Positions 1 to 13,474 of a stretch of DNA of 64,000 nucleotides are shown one piece after another; position 1 is the stretch's first letter, and every line of letters starts with the position of its first letter. Origin of the DNA: Lingula anatina (lineage: Eukaryota; Animalia; Brachiopoda); the NCBI GenBank assembly GCA_051362555.1, contig CM120646.1, positions 6,758,001-6,822,000 of the forward strand. The letters run 5' to 3'. Under the pieces are notes generated by a model. That model was not told the origin of the DNA, searched no databases, and worked only from the letters and a program-made list of their open reading frames with translations. The translations under genes were made by a program, and so were the position numbers.

Positions 1-3000
1 AGTGAACATTGCTCATGCATTGGACTGGCTTAGATTTTTCTCCCAAGTCACAAGGGGAATATTTTTAAAAGACTCTGCATGTTAATTTTAATGTTTCGAC
101 AGCGAGGATGAGTGAGCCGTGAAGTTTCTAAACAGTCTGGTGAACCTGAAACCAACATAAAATCCGACACAATATAACGCGGGTACACTCAGAAGCGTGA
201 AATTCCGGGCGAGGTACGGTTACAGCGCACGGTATCCAAGCCCGCATACTTCTCAGGCTAAGTAACCGCATATTGGCAAGGTTTTTTCTCTTTTCTACTG
301 AAACTAATACCGAGATCAAACCAGACGCTCTCCCATATACAAAATATAATCAAAATATCATTGCTCATTTTTTGTTTATCTCACTCTCAAGGATTAATAC
401 GATTTATTTCACCGGTGAAGTAAATTTAAAACGTACCAAGGGATCATCGTATGTAGTATTATTCTTTTAAACTAACTTGGCTTTGTTTTGAAAGGTATAA
501 CTGTCGGAGTAAATTCCATAGCGCGTTGGGCGACATTCTGTTTTCGTATATATAGTAGTAGCTGCCCAAACCGAAAGGCAAATAAGTTTATGCAAAATTG
601 CCTGCATGATACTGGGTGAAGTAGTGCCTGTGACAATTCCAACTCGGACGGTTCCGTCATCCTCCGTGTTGGTGGTCAAGTGTTTTTTTTTTTTTTTCGA
701 TTGGATTATGTTTCTAGTTGCTGTGGTGAGCTTTAGGACAAGGCTGTGGGTTAGATTAGAATTAGAACTCTGCGTATTAAACAATGCCAGCATAGAATGG
801 AGGTGAATATTAGTCATAAGACATTGGTTGTTATAAGGTGCTATTCCTTTTTTTTCTCCCTCTGCACACGATATGTCGGTCTCCTGATAATATGTAGCAA
901 CGGAAACGGGTTACAACACGGGAGTTGGAGAAATACCGCTCTTCCAACACAAACAATGAAATTATCAGCATCTCGCCCGACAAAGAAAAATAACCGCACA
1001 ACAAACATGAATGGCGTCCTGTCATTTTTATGACAGGACACGCGAAATTGTTCTCCTTTGTTGAGCAGGACGAGATGCACAAACAAATAGGTCAAGACAT
1101 TGCCTCGTTATGGCTGTTTGTATATTACTGTCTTACAAAACTCAAGTACTACTTCACAAACGTTAAGAGGACCTTAGGTTTAAACAGGTACGCGACTACA
1201 TATAAACAGTAACACAAACGCGCGCGCTCTCTCTCATACACACACATTCGCGCACACGCTGTTAAATGTAAACGGTTCAATCTCCAATCAATTCTCGAGT
1301 GGATCAACTTAAGTGCGAATACTATCAATCCAAGCTCTCATTTGCATTAAATGCCATTATGCTCAGACGGTTTAAGTGTTTGCACAGGACTCCTTCTAAC
1401 GTAGAAAACCCTCTACAGCGCATTAGAGCCTCATTTGAGCCTAGTGCCAGGTACGACGTACACACGATCCGCTGCTCGACGCCTCACTAAATGTAAATAT
1501 GGACTTTTCTTGTCACCTCTAACTGGAGGTAGAGAATTTAGACCATGAAATATGTATGTATGTATGTTATGAGTAAAATGTTTTAGGACCCTGAATTTTA
1601 TATTTAGGAGAAAAAGTGTTTTGAATAGTGCCGTGGAACGAAAATGTGTCATAAAACGCCCAAGGCGAATTTTTAAGGGAAATTAAATGTTCATAAAATA
1701 GCGTAAATGAAAGCTATTTTCATGTCGCTCGATCACCTGACTTTTTATGTTGGATTTTTGAAATAAGAAAAATTTCCCTTCGGGATTTATAAATTGTCCA
1801 ACAGCAGACAGCCATCATCAGCATAGTTCTGTGTCACCAGTTATTTTAACATTCAATATTTTAACGACCTCGAGCACGAAACTTGATATGCCGGGTTTAG
1901 ACCTTTTTATCAGCGTTGTCCAAAATTCTCTTTTTTAATTTCTATACCTTTGGCATGAATTGTTGTGGATACATTCTTAATAAACATACACAAATCTTTA
2001 ACTACAATGAAATGAAGCAAATGGCTGGTTAACTGAAATATTTCTAAACGCATTCAAGTTAAGAGATATATAAATGTCTTTATTTACACCAAAATATTTA
2101 AAACGTGTACTAGTAGAAATGATAATGAGCCAACTCTGTTATCAAACCTAAAACTGAAATATTTAAAATCTCAGAACTTTTATACACAGTTCGTCAGTTT
2201 TATATTCACAGCGAATGTTTTTGTTAAACGTTTGAATACATAGCATTTCACCCCGCATCGCTGGGAGACTGAAATTATACCTAAGTCAAAGATCGTTCTT
2301 CGTGTACTTATATTAATATTCTAACCTTAAGGTACAGTCTTTCAACCTTAACTGGGAGAGAAAGCATTTCGGTCGTCATATATAGGCCACAGTCGCGGTC
2401 CTGACTGTGTGTTCTATTGTTCGCCCACCTAATAAAAAAAAATCGCGTTAAGCATAGTCATAAACAACATCCATTAAACGCGCATCTTCGTCGTGGAGAG
2501 TTGTTAAGAGTTTTGTTCTTAAATGAGTCATAAAGTGCTGTGTAAACTTACTGCACGTGGTAGGACATTAGTGTTATTGATATTTTCTCTTTAAGATGGA
2601 GCCATAGAGTTACGTTTGCGTTTAAAACAAAACGGTTGTTTAATAGAAGGGAAAAAATAGAAAAAAAAGTTAAAATATCATTGTGATATGACCGCCGTGA
2701 TTGGGTCATACACTGACATGTGGAGCTCAGTCTCCATATTTTTGAAGACAAACTGATGAAAACAAAGCTAATATTTATAACACATCAGATAACTTAGCTC
2801 TAAAAAGATATATCTCAGTACTTGTATTTTGGTATGAGAGAAAGACATGGAAGTTAAAAATCATATTGATCGGCTAATTAATTGTAGTAGAAATAATGAT
2901 AATATAGGACGCACGATAAGAAATGTTTTGTAGTCCAAATAATAATACGTTCGAACAGTGTATCACAGTTATAGTGTCACTCTCAACATAGTGAAATGAC

Positions 3001-3170
3001 CCCTACCCCCCACTGCCATTGACGATTGATTTAAGACTAATGCCTAAAATAACTTCTGGATTTAAATCAATAGTTTTCTTATTTTATTTGAGAAACATCT
3101 TTCCAGTTGGTGCAGTATTATAACATTTTCCTTCTGGGGATGGCAAATAATATTATCCGTAAATTATCAT

Positions 3171-3337
3171 CAGGCCCGTAGCCAGCAAAGTCAAAAGGGG
3201 GGTTCTTTTTCTGAAAAAGTGGACCTTTTATAATGAAACCTTTGTGTACCTAGATCAAATTGTACCCAGAATAGACCTTTTCTGACAAAAAGGGCGGTTC
3301 TTTCGAACCCCCCGAACCCCCCCTGGCTACGGGCCTG
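3171..3337. mobile_element. MITE / non-autonomous DNA transposon, 167 bp
   Basis: Perfect 15-bp TIR CAGGCCCGTAGCCAG...CTGGCTACGGGCCTG, flanked by AT on both sides (2-bp TSD), with internal G/C runs and repeated GACCTTTT. Confidence 0.85.
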
Positions 3338-4108
3338 ATCATTTAAGTTTCACTAAAAACGCACATGTATAGCATGCTTATATAACGTCGACTGACACAC
3401 AAATCAATATACAAGAACTTAAAAATGGACAACGACCCGTTCTTCTCAAACTGCGTATCCCAAACCATACTCATAGTTTATTACGTAGAGATATTCATGC
3501 ACAGTCAAGACTGTGTGGAAAGAACAAAGGAACAAATGAATACACAGCATATATACATTACTGTTTACGATGCATAATTGAGCATGATAGCCAGAGAAAT
3601 ATATTATTAAGGATAGCATCCATAATGGAAAATTATGCTTATCTTGTTGAGCAACTTTTCAATAGTTCTGAGGCGATGACAGAAGCAACGTGTGTCGTTA
3701 ATGGGAATGATAAGTGGTTCGACACGTGTCTCGTTGTGATTCTAGACTTTAATCTTCATCTTAAATGTTTAGATATCTTTGTTTCACGTATAATACTTTT
3801 GCTTTTTTTTCAATGCTGACATAATGTTGTGTTGTCAGCACCTTTTTTAAAATTATTATTCTAGCGCTTTGAAGTCTGTTTGTTTTGTGCTGAAAATGAA
3901 CATGTAATTCATAGTAATATATTTTAACTCTAGATCATTAAGGTATATCTATTCTCATACAAAGAATATGTACTAACAATATATTGTTTAGAGGAGAAAA
4001 AGTAAAAAAATATATATATATCAATAATAATAATAATAATGATTTCATTTATTCATCTAGCTGGGGAAATGCACTTCTACATTTGAAAGCTGTGGATTTA
4101 ATGCTCTC

Positions 4109-4111
<3 letters not shown>

Positions 4112-4143
<32 letters not shown>
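4112..4143. repeat. (CT)n microsatellite
   Basis: Direct reading. Confidence 0.95.
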
Positions 4144-4147
<4 letters not shown>

Positions 4148-5019
4148 ATAATAACCAGAATACTATTTCACATCAATCATACCAAATCCCTTTTCCCACA
4201 AAACGACCTTGTGATCGCTAGGGTATCAGAATAGATATCTAGATTACTTCAAGCTCCCTGCGGCTTTCCATCTGGTCCACATGTGCCGGACTCTTCCAAC
4301 CAAGACTAAATTTCCTTGATTTTCAAGAATGCAAAGTGGGTGTATATTTTATATGATTATATAGTGTTGACGTCAAGCTGACATTATCCAGCGATTTAAT
4401 AGTTTTTTTTTTTACAATATTTTTTAACCAGACGATTCTGTTCAGTGGGATTAAATATGAATATTGTATAGTATCTAAAATTACATTTATAATGTCATTT
4501 TCATCCAAATAGGTGGATGCATACGTTTCAATGACTTAACTATAAACTATTAACTATCCATGGTGAGTCGTTTGTGATCCTACATTTACCCTACGGCCAG
4601 GTAACGCAAATTACGTGTTACTTTCAGCTTTTAAGCTTTTATATGAAAATGTAGCGTGTCTTATACAATTGAACATTTAAGCGTTTTTCAAAAGGTTTGC
4701 CTGTGCGCGGGTTTATGTGTTATTTCCGTGTTACCTACTGTACTTCATATGCTGTCACATTATATCTAATTGCCGTATCAATTAAATTGTAGTTAATGGG
4801 CATTTGATAGAGCGTATAAGAACATTAAAGTAATACCTAATTGCCGACTGCTTAAGTCAAAGATATAAATAATACCCGTAACAAATCTTTAGTGATCAGA
4901 CATTGTAATTTATTTGTGTCGTGAGGACTGTGTGATTAAATGAAAAAAGCCGCCTCGAGATTTTTCTTTTGTTTTGTTAAATATTGATATCCAGATTTCA
5001 GGTTAAAATAGATGAAACA

Positions 5020-5210
5020 TGCAAAAAATTAGATAAATGGATAGATAGATATAGATCACTAAATAGATGAATAAGCATAGGGATAGAGGAATGTATACAT
5101 AAATAATTCAGCAAAAATAAGTACTGCAAATAGATTGATAGGCAAATAAAGAAATACATGAACAGATAAACGGACAAATGAATGAATGGGTAAATCATAT
5201 GAATGAATAA
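5020..5210. repeat. Degenerate ATAG/ATAA/ATGA tetranucleotide low-complexity tract
   Basis: Repeated agataaat, atagatag and atgaatga units. Confidence 0.6.
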
Positions 5211-6462
5211 TTCAATTGAGAAAAAAAGTTAATTCCTCAAATGAATTTGAAACAGTAACTAGATCACTGTGTCATATTGAAAACAGATATTCTCATACCA
5301 TTTACGTATGGCAGAAACTCGGTCCTACACATTACGCCAAGTAGGTAATCATACTAATCATATTAAATATACGCCTTCGGATAATTTTATTCACAACGAC
5401 TTCGCTTCTTGTAACAGAAAACCGAGGCGTAGCTGAGCACGCGCTAAATTACTCGGATCTGTTTCGACCACCAATAGCTCGGGCCATCTGACAGTTAAAT
5501 GGTGTTGCCTACGTTACCGGTACATGAGCACGGTGACGTTTCTGGCGAGGATCGATCTCTCGCAGCTTAGTCAACTAGTGCGCTGTTATTGACAAGAGCC
5601 AAAGGTGTGCCTCGGCTTGCTGTTAACAGTACGGGTCTTCTAGTTGCTATTTATCTCCGTGGTCTTTAGTATTCCAGCTTTCTTCTGTAGACTTACGGTC
5701 CATTTTTGGATTTTATGGAGATGCAGAATGACTAGTGGCTGTCAAATTATATGAACGTCTTTTATGTTGATAGGTTTTAATGTTTTTCTGTGTTGCTAAT
5801 AATTATTGATAAATGAGGTAAAAGTAAAATAATAATATGATCGTGTATTCATTGGCATTTTTTGTTCTCAACAGTCTACAAACAGCATATGATATTGGAC
5901 TTGAGATTGGCTGCTTTTGGATTGTATTTCTCAGCAATGCTTTATTTAAACATGGTGCTGAAATAAAAAATAGATAAACAGACATATTTACAGACATAGG
6001 TAATTCACTGCAATTTGTAAATGAAAGGAAAGAAAAGACACACGTTATTTAACCTGCAACACACACTTGCCCTCTTCGAGGGTAGAAAGTTTCGGGTATC
6101 AACCATATAGAAGTAATGTACACAGGACCTCTGAACTCTTCCTGCTATTTATTAGTAAATGATAACCTCACTGTGTTAGAAGACTGCCAGGAACAGGAAA
6201 GCATATACCTGGGGAGGAAACTCTATGGTAGGGAAATAGCTGGTGATGTAATATATCCGTATTTAACACAGTTGCTTCTATGCTGCTATTTGTAGGTGTT
6301 TCTCCTTTGATGTAATACTTCAATATTCTGGCGTTTATGCGGAAGTCCGACCCCATATAAACGTGAGCTGAATACCGAAAATATTAGGATTTAATCAACG
6401 AGAGAGTGTTCGAAAACTGACAAGTCTTTTTGTTTGAAAATGGTGTTTGTTACTAGCGTTAG

Positions 6463-6465
<3 letters not shown>

Positions 6466-6500
<35 letters not shown>
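6466..6500. repeat. (TC)n microsatellite
   Basis: Direct reading. Confidence 0.95.
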
Positions 6501-6502
<2 letters not shown>

Positions 6503-6667
6503 TTATAATTTCATATTAAATCACATGGGAGTTTGATATTTAGACTCCGGATACATGTCCAGCTTTCTCTTTTCCTGGTTCTCTTACCGCTTACTCTTGG
6601 GCCAACCTCCTACATTCTCTACGTATCTGTCACTCAATCGAGTTTTAGATAAGAATTTAATACTTTC

Positions 6668-6932
6668 TGGGTCCCCTTGGCAGAATAACTTGGCCTTAAA
6701 CTTATGACTAAAAATTTAGTCTACATTTACTTTAGATAATTCAATAGTGGCAGTGTATAAGATGGGGATATCCAACCCATTTGATGAAGTGAAGACATGA
6801 ATAATGTTTTGGACTGATAGTCACTTGTTTTAGTCGACCTGGAGATTTAAGCAAATTGTGATAAGCTAATATCTTCAGTCTTAAAGTAAGGATCGTTTTT
6901 CGGTCCAAGTTTTCTCGTGGAAACGGGCCCCG
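6668..6932. mobile_element. Possible decayed MITE
   Basis: Left GGGTCCCCTTGGCAGAATAACTTGG is weakly inverted to right CCAAGTTTTCTCGTGGAAACGGGCCCC. Confidence 0.3.
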
Positions 6933-7635
6933 GTCCGTATCAGTTTAAATGCGTTTCAGATGAGGCTGTAATGCACTCTGATGTGTTGTTTTAACCGATC
7001 ACCCACGAACCGAGAGGTGAAAAAGGTGTTGACACTCCTCTAGCTCCATTGAGCTCCATGTTCCACTTCACATTTGACACATGAGGGGCATTCGAGTAGC
7101 TGTCTGCTCGGTGGTTAAGAGCTACTTGTAATGAAGACCACGTGTGGGTTACTTTTTTAGGTGTGAGAGGTCAACCGCGTAAAACTGAAGTAGACTCATA
7201 TTTCTTGTTATACCTCCACCGGCACAATTATATTGCCACGGACAAAGCGGTACTTATTTGCTGACTTTTGCCAAGGGGGGAGAGGGGTTGTTGGCTGTTA
7301 ATGGTGAATTTTGATTGCTAATATACACACGTCGTTTAAGTAAAACGATATGGAAAGTATCTACCTGTTGTACTTACCATTTTAACAATATTTTATTGTA
7401 GTCTTGTGCAATACCCGTCAAACTTTACTTATTCTCCAGTATTATGCTGGCGTGTGCGTTTCAATAATGTCTCTATTTCAGAAAAAAAATTGCGACTGAT
7501 AACAATAAAAAATAAAAGAAAATAGTATACCTTTTTTAAATATTATTTCAGAAAATAATTATATTACTCGTTGATGTCACCAGTCCGCAACGTAGACGGG
7601 TATATACAGTATGTAGTCACAGGGACTACATAAAA

Positions 7636-7638
<3 letters not shown>

Positions 7639-7720
<82 letters not shown>
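7639..7720. repeat. (AT)n microsatellite
   Basis: Direct reading, one interruption. Confidence 0.95.
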
Positions 7721-10700
7721 TTGAGATGCTGATGGCATCTTTTTTCCATCATTCCTATGCGATATTTTTTATACGTGGGATTGATGTTATAAGTATTCTT
7801 TAAATGTATAAGGGACACATGATGTCTGCGTGTACGTGAGTGAATTTTACCAACTCAGAAAGAAGAAAAAGAAAAATGATAATAACTTTAATAATGATAA
7901 AAAAGACGTAAATCGTTTCTAGAGAAACTAAACGTGCTTTTCTCTTTTTATGACCCATGCCGTTTCGCTCATTCAAAAAATGCCCTTGATCTTTTACCGC
8001 CATTTCTCTAGAGACAACGAAATCCAATTTCACTGTCACGACACTGGTGATTATGCTACATAATATTATGGTGGCAATAAAGATAGCAAAAGTAGTTTTA
8101 ATATCTTTTCACCAATTATTGTCATTTATACATGTTGCCTGGAACCCTCTTTTATTTTTATGTATTGACGGGGTTGTAGATACAACAAAGGAATTTAGGA
8201 ATGTATTTTCAGTACTTGCGCAACCTTTGTTAAGAAGATAACTGCAATTGCAATAAGTATATGTTGTTATATTACTTTGCCCTTGGCTTAAAATTTGGAC
8301 TTTTAAAATTTTTCTTTTTTAAATTCGCGTCCTGGCTTGATATCACATTCTGAATCCAAATATGACTTGCTCCAAGTGCAGTGCATTAAATTAAAAGATG
8401 CTGTTAGTTTGACAAGCCGTGAATTGTCATAATAGCGTTAACAGTGCGTGTACACCGAGTAACATGTATAAACTGCCTTTTAAACACTTAGGTAATGTTT
8501 CCCAATGTAGCATCACTAGAGCATGGCCTTCCATCTTTTTTAAATTGACTTGATAAGGGAATAATGTTTTTATAACAGTTCCCCGTATCGAATTAGCGAG
8601 TCTGTGGTAAGAGTGTATTTAAAACGGTGGGGACTGCATCGTTTATCATAATACTCATCTGTCTTCATAATATGGTTACAAGAGTTTTTACCGCATTAAG
8701 GGGTGGACGACACACGCTTAGTGTAATAGTATGATTTATGAGGTGGAGTCACGTGACGTCGACCTCCATTACTCGCCGACTCGGTTATACTTTGTACGCG
8801 TAAGTGCTTTGTCGTGTTTTCAGTGATACTCCCCCAAGTTGAGGGAAATGTTTTTGTGTTTCACAGTTTACAATGTTCTTTATGATATTTATTTAGAAAA
8901 TATATAAAACATACTAAACATGATAAAAGAAATTTTTAATTTAAAAGAAATGTATGTTTTTTATAGTTGTAAAATACTCATGACACATTCTTATCATTCC
9001 ATCTGCCATCTAATCGTCATTGATTTCTGTGAACAATCCTTAAAATAAAAAAAAAGATGTAAAAATCAAATATCTCTTTTTTAACTGAGAAGCAAGACCG
9101 ACTTGTATTATATCCAACTTTATACACTTATTTTGACAATCATGACTATTGTGTCCCATTCAAATGTCACAATTAACATCGGGCCCAACACGTGTCCCCA
9201 AGCTGTCATCCAAGTCCCCCAGGCCAAGTGATGATATGCAATAACTGCATCATATACACATTGTATGTAACAGATTTTCCAGTTCAGGTGTTTTTATCTC
9301 TACCCATAACACGTGTGCAAGGGTTATTCCGCAGAAAAGTGAACATTTGAGTCACGCCAGTGACACACACAATTTGTGGGATATCTTGCATAATTTCGAC
9401 TTGTGTTGTTATTTTCGCCTTTTTAACTAATGGTTATGTAAAGAAACCCAGAGTTTTAAAACTGACATTTTATTAAAATATTACACAAAATCTTTAAGTC
9501 ATTGATGATACCAATGTTTTACTTTTTTATGGAGTGACCCTTAATTGACAATTTTCATTGTATCGAACATAACGAGGTCTTTCGATCTTAACGTAAAGAA
9601 ATGTTAACTAAACTGTAGCATATACAACAAATAATAAAAATAATGAAAAGAAAAATAATAATAGAATAAATTCCACAATTAGACCTTAAGATTCTAGATA
9701 TTGTTATCCATGATGATTATGCCAATTGCTGAAAGAAATACAGACGAACAAATCGACCCATCATAAAAAAGCACCATCAGAATGCCTATTAATAGCTCTA
9801 TTCATTTGTTGAATAATTGTCATGCTCAATCTATCCTTTCAAGTGGAATCGCGTAACCAAGACGCACCAAAACACCTCGCAATTTTCATTTTGAAACACA
9901 AATCAGATTTACACGTTAAGGATTTCCCACGGAAGCAAGTAATTGTGAATGGTTTTTCACCTTTTAGGTCTGATTTATTGCCACCATGAACCGAAGTGTA
10001 ATTCCGCGTTGCTATTTATTAGCACGTATTGCTGGCATAGTTTATAGTCTGAGTAAGATGTCAACGAGTTTAAGAAATGCTTGAATCTAAACTTGAGTGT
10101 AAAGGAGAAGAATATATATTTCATATTTATGACTGATTTCCATTGAATGGAATTATATGGATCACAAATATATATTTTTCTAATAACAATAATCAACTAA
10201 AAATTCATGATAATTGGATAAAATGTAATTTTTACATTGTGTCACGCAGTGCAACGTGTTCCATATAAATAGATATTATCTAAGAGTAGGTGAAAGAATA
10301 GAAAGACGAATGGCTTTATTTGCAGTGATCTCATGTTATAAACGAGCATGCATCAGTGGCACAGATGCGTACTCAAAATGGCTGACGAGTACGTTCATTT
10401 CACCATGTTGAGTGTTTCGAATGCTCAGGTGTGAAAAATTCATCACGACGGCTTTTTTTTTTCTTGAATTAATACAATAGTTGTATCAATGGCAAGATCA
10501 ATCATCAAAATCTTCGCGACAATGGCATTTTCTAGAATTGATACCTCGGTTGTGTAACAGATGACATCAATCACCATTCTAACATGTTGAGAGGAACAAT
10601 TATATGGTGGATTCTGAGCCGTTTTAGTCGAGAGGATACAATACGAGGGCCACGTCACACCTGCCGCGGCGTAAAATTGAGATTTGACTTCGGCGCCGAA

Positions 10701-12418
10701 ACGTGAAATGAGCAAAACTAACTGAGGAGTTCTCAACGGTCGAATTCACACTAATTTGAGTTAAAGCTGCTTTTGATCTAAAACGACTTCATCTGCTTGT
10801 CTTTCAACTTACCGATTTAACTTTGTATCGAGCGAACTTGGGCTTTCCACTGCCTAAGCGAACTAATGGCTGATGTTGAAAACGTTTACAAGTGAGCAAC
10901 GTCTTGATTACGGTAATAAGGGGATTATGCGGAATCGAGATCGAAGGAGATTAATCGGATTATAGCTCAGCGTGAACGCGGCCTAAGTATCTCTAGAGCT
11001 ATTAGTCGGTGACAGAATGAGCGATGGACATACAGCGCTTTGAGAGCTATAGTGCTCAAGTTTCTGCCTACTTTTTCCAACTTTTCGTTTTTATGGTCTG
11101 TGTGGTTGGCGCTCGTATGGTGATTTAAAAGATAGCGGCTCAAATTTCTTTGTGTGATTGCTTTGCACTGGGTAGTTGTGTGTTCGTTACTATACTGAGG
11201 ATTCGAAAATCGGTACAAGGTTACTACGTTTTGATTCTCTAACGAAATTGTGTTCTTTTTTTCCATCTTGACTGTTTTAGTTAGGTATGTGAGTACCTCT
11301 ACTTTTTCTTTCAGTGCATAAACTAAAATCGCGTTGTATGTCAGGGTAATTAGAACATTGCCCGTCATTTTTAGTTAGATGGAACTGTAGATTGCGTTAA
11401 GTAATATAGCAATAGTTAAGAATGTAGATATTTCTGCACTATGTCTTAAAGATCGTATTTTGAATCACCCCGAGAAATTCAAGGCATATGGAGCAACTCA
11501 TTGGCCCGAAATAACCCAGGGGAAAGATTTTGATCTTCGCGTTTTCGATATTTTATCTTGTTGATAAAATCCAGAATCATCCAATTCATCCCTTCTTTGA
11601 TTCAAATAACACTTTTTAGCTCATCATGTGATCTCGCCATTAAATCTGATTTTCGATCTATATTTTAACTGTGATTGAAATTAAGATATGGCTGAGGTAG
11701 TCATGTAACTGGAAACCAGCAAGAAATTCGTATATGAACGCCATGTTAGCCTTAAAAAGTGTCTTTTTTTAAGAGAAAGAACGGTTAGTACAGAAAAAAT
11801 CCAACATTTTAAACATTTTAATTTTTCTATGTCTTCTCTGTTGTATGGTTATCTGTTGGAAATTGGAATGGGCAATTCTTTGCTTGTTTATTTGTTTTAT
11901 TTTTATTATTATTAGTTTTTTTCGGGGGGGGGGGAGGGTTCCTGCTGTGCCCCCCTCCCCCCGCAGCCGACATTGTGATAACACACACACACACACGCAC
12001 ACACACACACAAACACACACACGTTTGGAACCACAAAGCATCAGCAAGGAGCAAATCTAAACAACTCGTTGACGTGGGGAAGGCACCATTCAGTGACGAC
12101 ATTTGAAAGATCACTTAACACCAGGCATTTAGTAATTGGACCTCGTCTGTCATATTAGCCACCGAGTTATAGTTATTACATTTGCATGAATGACAAATTA
12201 ATACGAATTACTTATGTGTGTGAGCACAAAACACACATTAGTTTCAACACTTTTTATAGGGGCGATTTATCCATCAGGTGTCAGTATGACGGTATACCTG
12301 TAGCACTTCGATAAAGCTCGAGGCTGAGCGGACATATTAAGTTTTCATGATTCAAATAATGATTTAATTAGAAATCATCTGTTTTCGATTTTTGCATAAC
12401 ATGGTTTTCTATCTCTAA

Positions 12419-12419
<1 letters not shown>

Positions 12420-12455
<36 letters not shown>

Positions 12456-12489
12456 TACACACATTCACACACACGCACACACACACACA
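12420..12489. repeat. (CA)n microsatellite, imperfect
   Basis: Direct reading; a second (CA)n lies at about 11981-12021. Confidence 0.92.
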
Positions 12490-13415
12490 GACAAACAGAC
12501 GTACACAATTTTTAACAGATGCATGCAAGACAAACAGAGATTTCACTTACGTGCATAAAACATATCAGTAGTGCGTCGAAGGTTACGGTAAGGGCACGGA
12601 AACATGTATAACAATACATCACAGCTATTTTCCTAAGGGCACAAAATGAAAAATGGCACGATGGAACAATTCTGACACCGGTGAGGATTGGCATATGGGA
12701 AAACTGAAGCAGTTTTCAAGTGGTCAGTTTCTTCTGGCAATGCATCATCCTCCAATTGTTACTTAGTGTCTGTCTGTTACGTGTCAACTTGTCGACTTAC
12801 TTATTAGGTTATCTTTTCTTTCTTATTTTGTTTCTTTTTACCTTTTTTCTGTGAGTGTTGTTTCCTCCCTTTGTTCCAATACTTCCAAACGGGACATCTG
12901 CCTTTTTGTTTCATTTTTATGTTTTTTTTTTATTATTATGTCACTTTCTTTGTTTGTTGTCGGATTTCTCTAATTTAACTCATTACTCTTATTGTTGCTT
13001 TTCTGCAAGCCTCGCTGGCGATAAAACATAATCAATTTTAAACATATAACAGTTTTGAAGATATTTTTATCACTGTTGATTTCTTCTTTTGTATTAACAA
13101 TTCAGTTACTTTGGGTATATAATGGGGCATGTTTCTGGCAGCCGTGGCTCATATATGTATGTTATTCTTAAATTTATGTTACTTTAAAAATCAAATACCA
13201 CGTAAAATCACAAATGATTTAACGGGACCTATGGGGTAACATTAAACAATATTCTGCTTAGATCACTTTATTTGTGAGTAGCTGCACACTCATCGAAAGC
13301 ATGTGAATGCCAAAAGAATTGCATCAATGATTTCTTATCATTTTAATGTAATTACTTTCGAATTACTTGCGAATTGGTAATATAGCCAAATAAATTACCA
13401 GTGTCTTTAAAAAAA

Positions 13416-13428
13416 ATTATTATTATTA

Positions 13429-13474
<46 letters not shown>
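13416..13474. repeat. (ATT)n microsatellite
   Basis: Direct reading. Confidence 0.95.

Noticed and set aside
4505-4535. RWMH as a possible Hox1 hexapeptide exon
   Set aside because: No long upstream open frame, an in-frame stop four codons later, and no suitable donor.
7095-7160. tRNA/SINE-like A box GCTCGGTGGTTAAGAG
   Set aside because: No proper B box or cloverleaf; at most a heavily decayed SINE.
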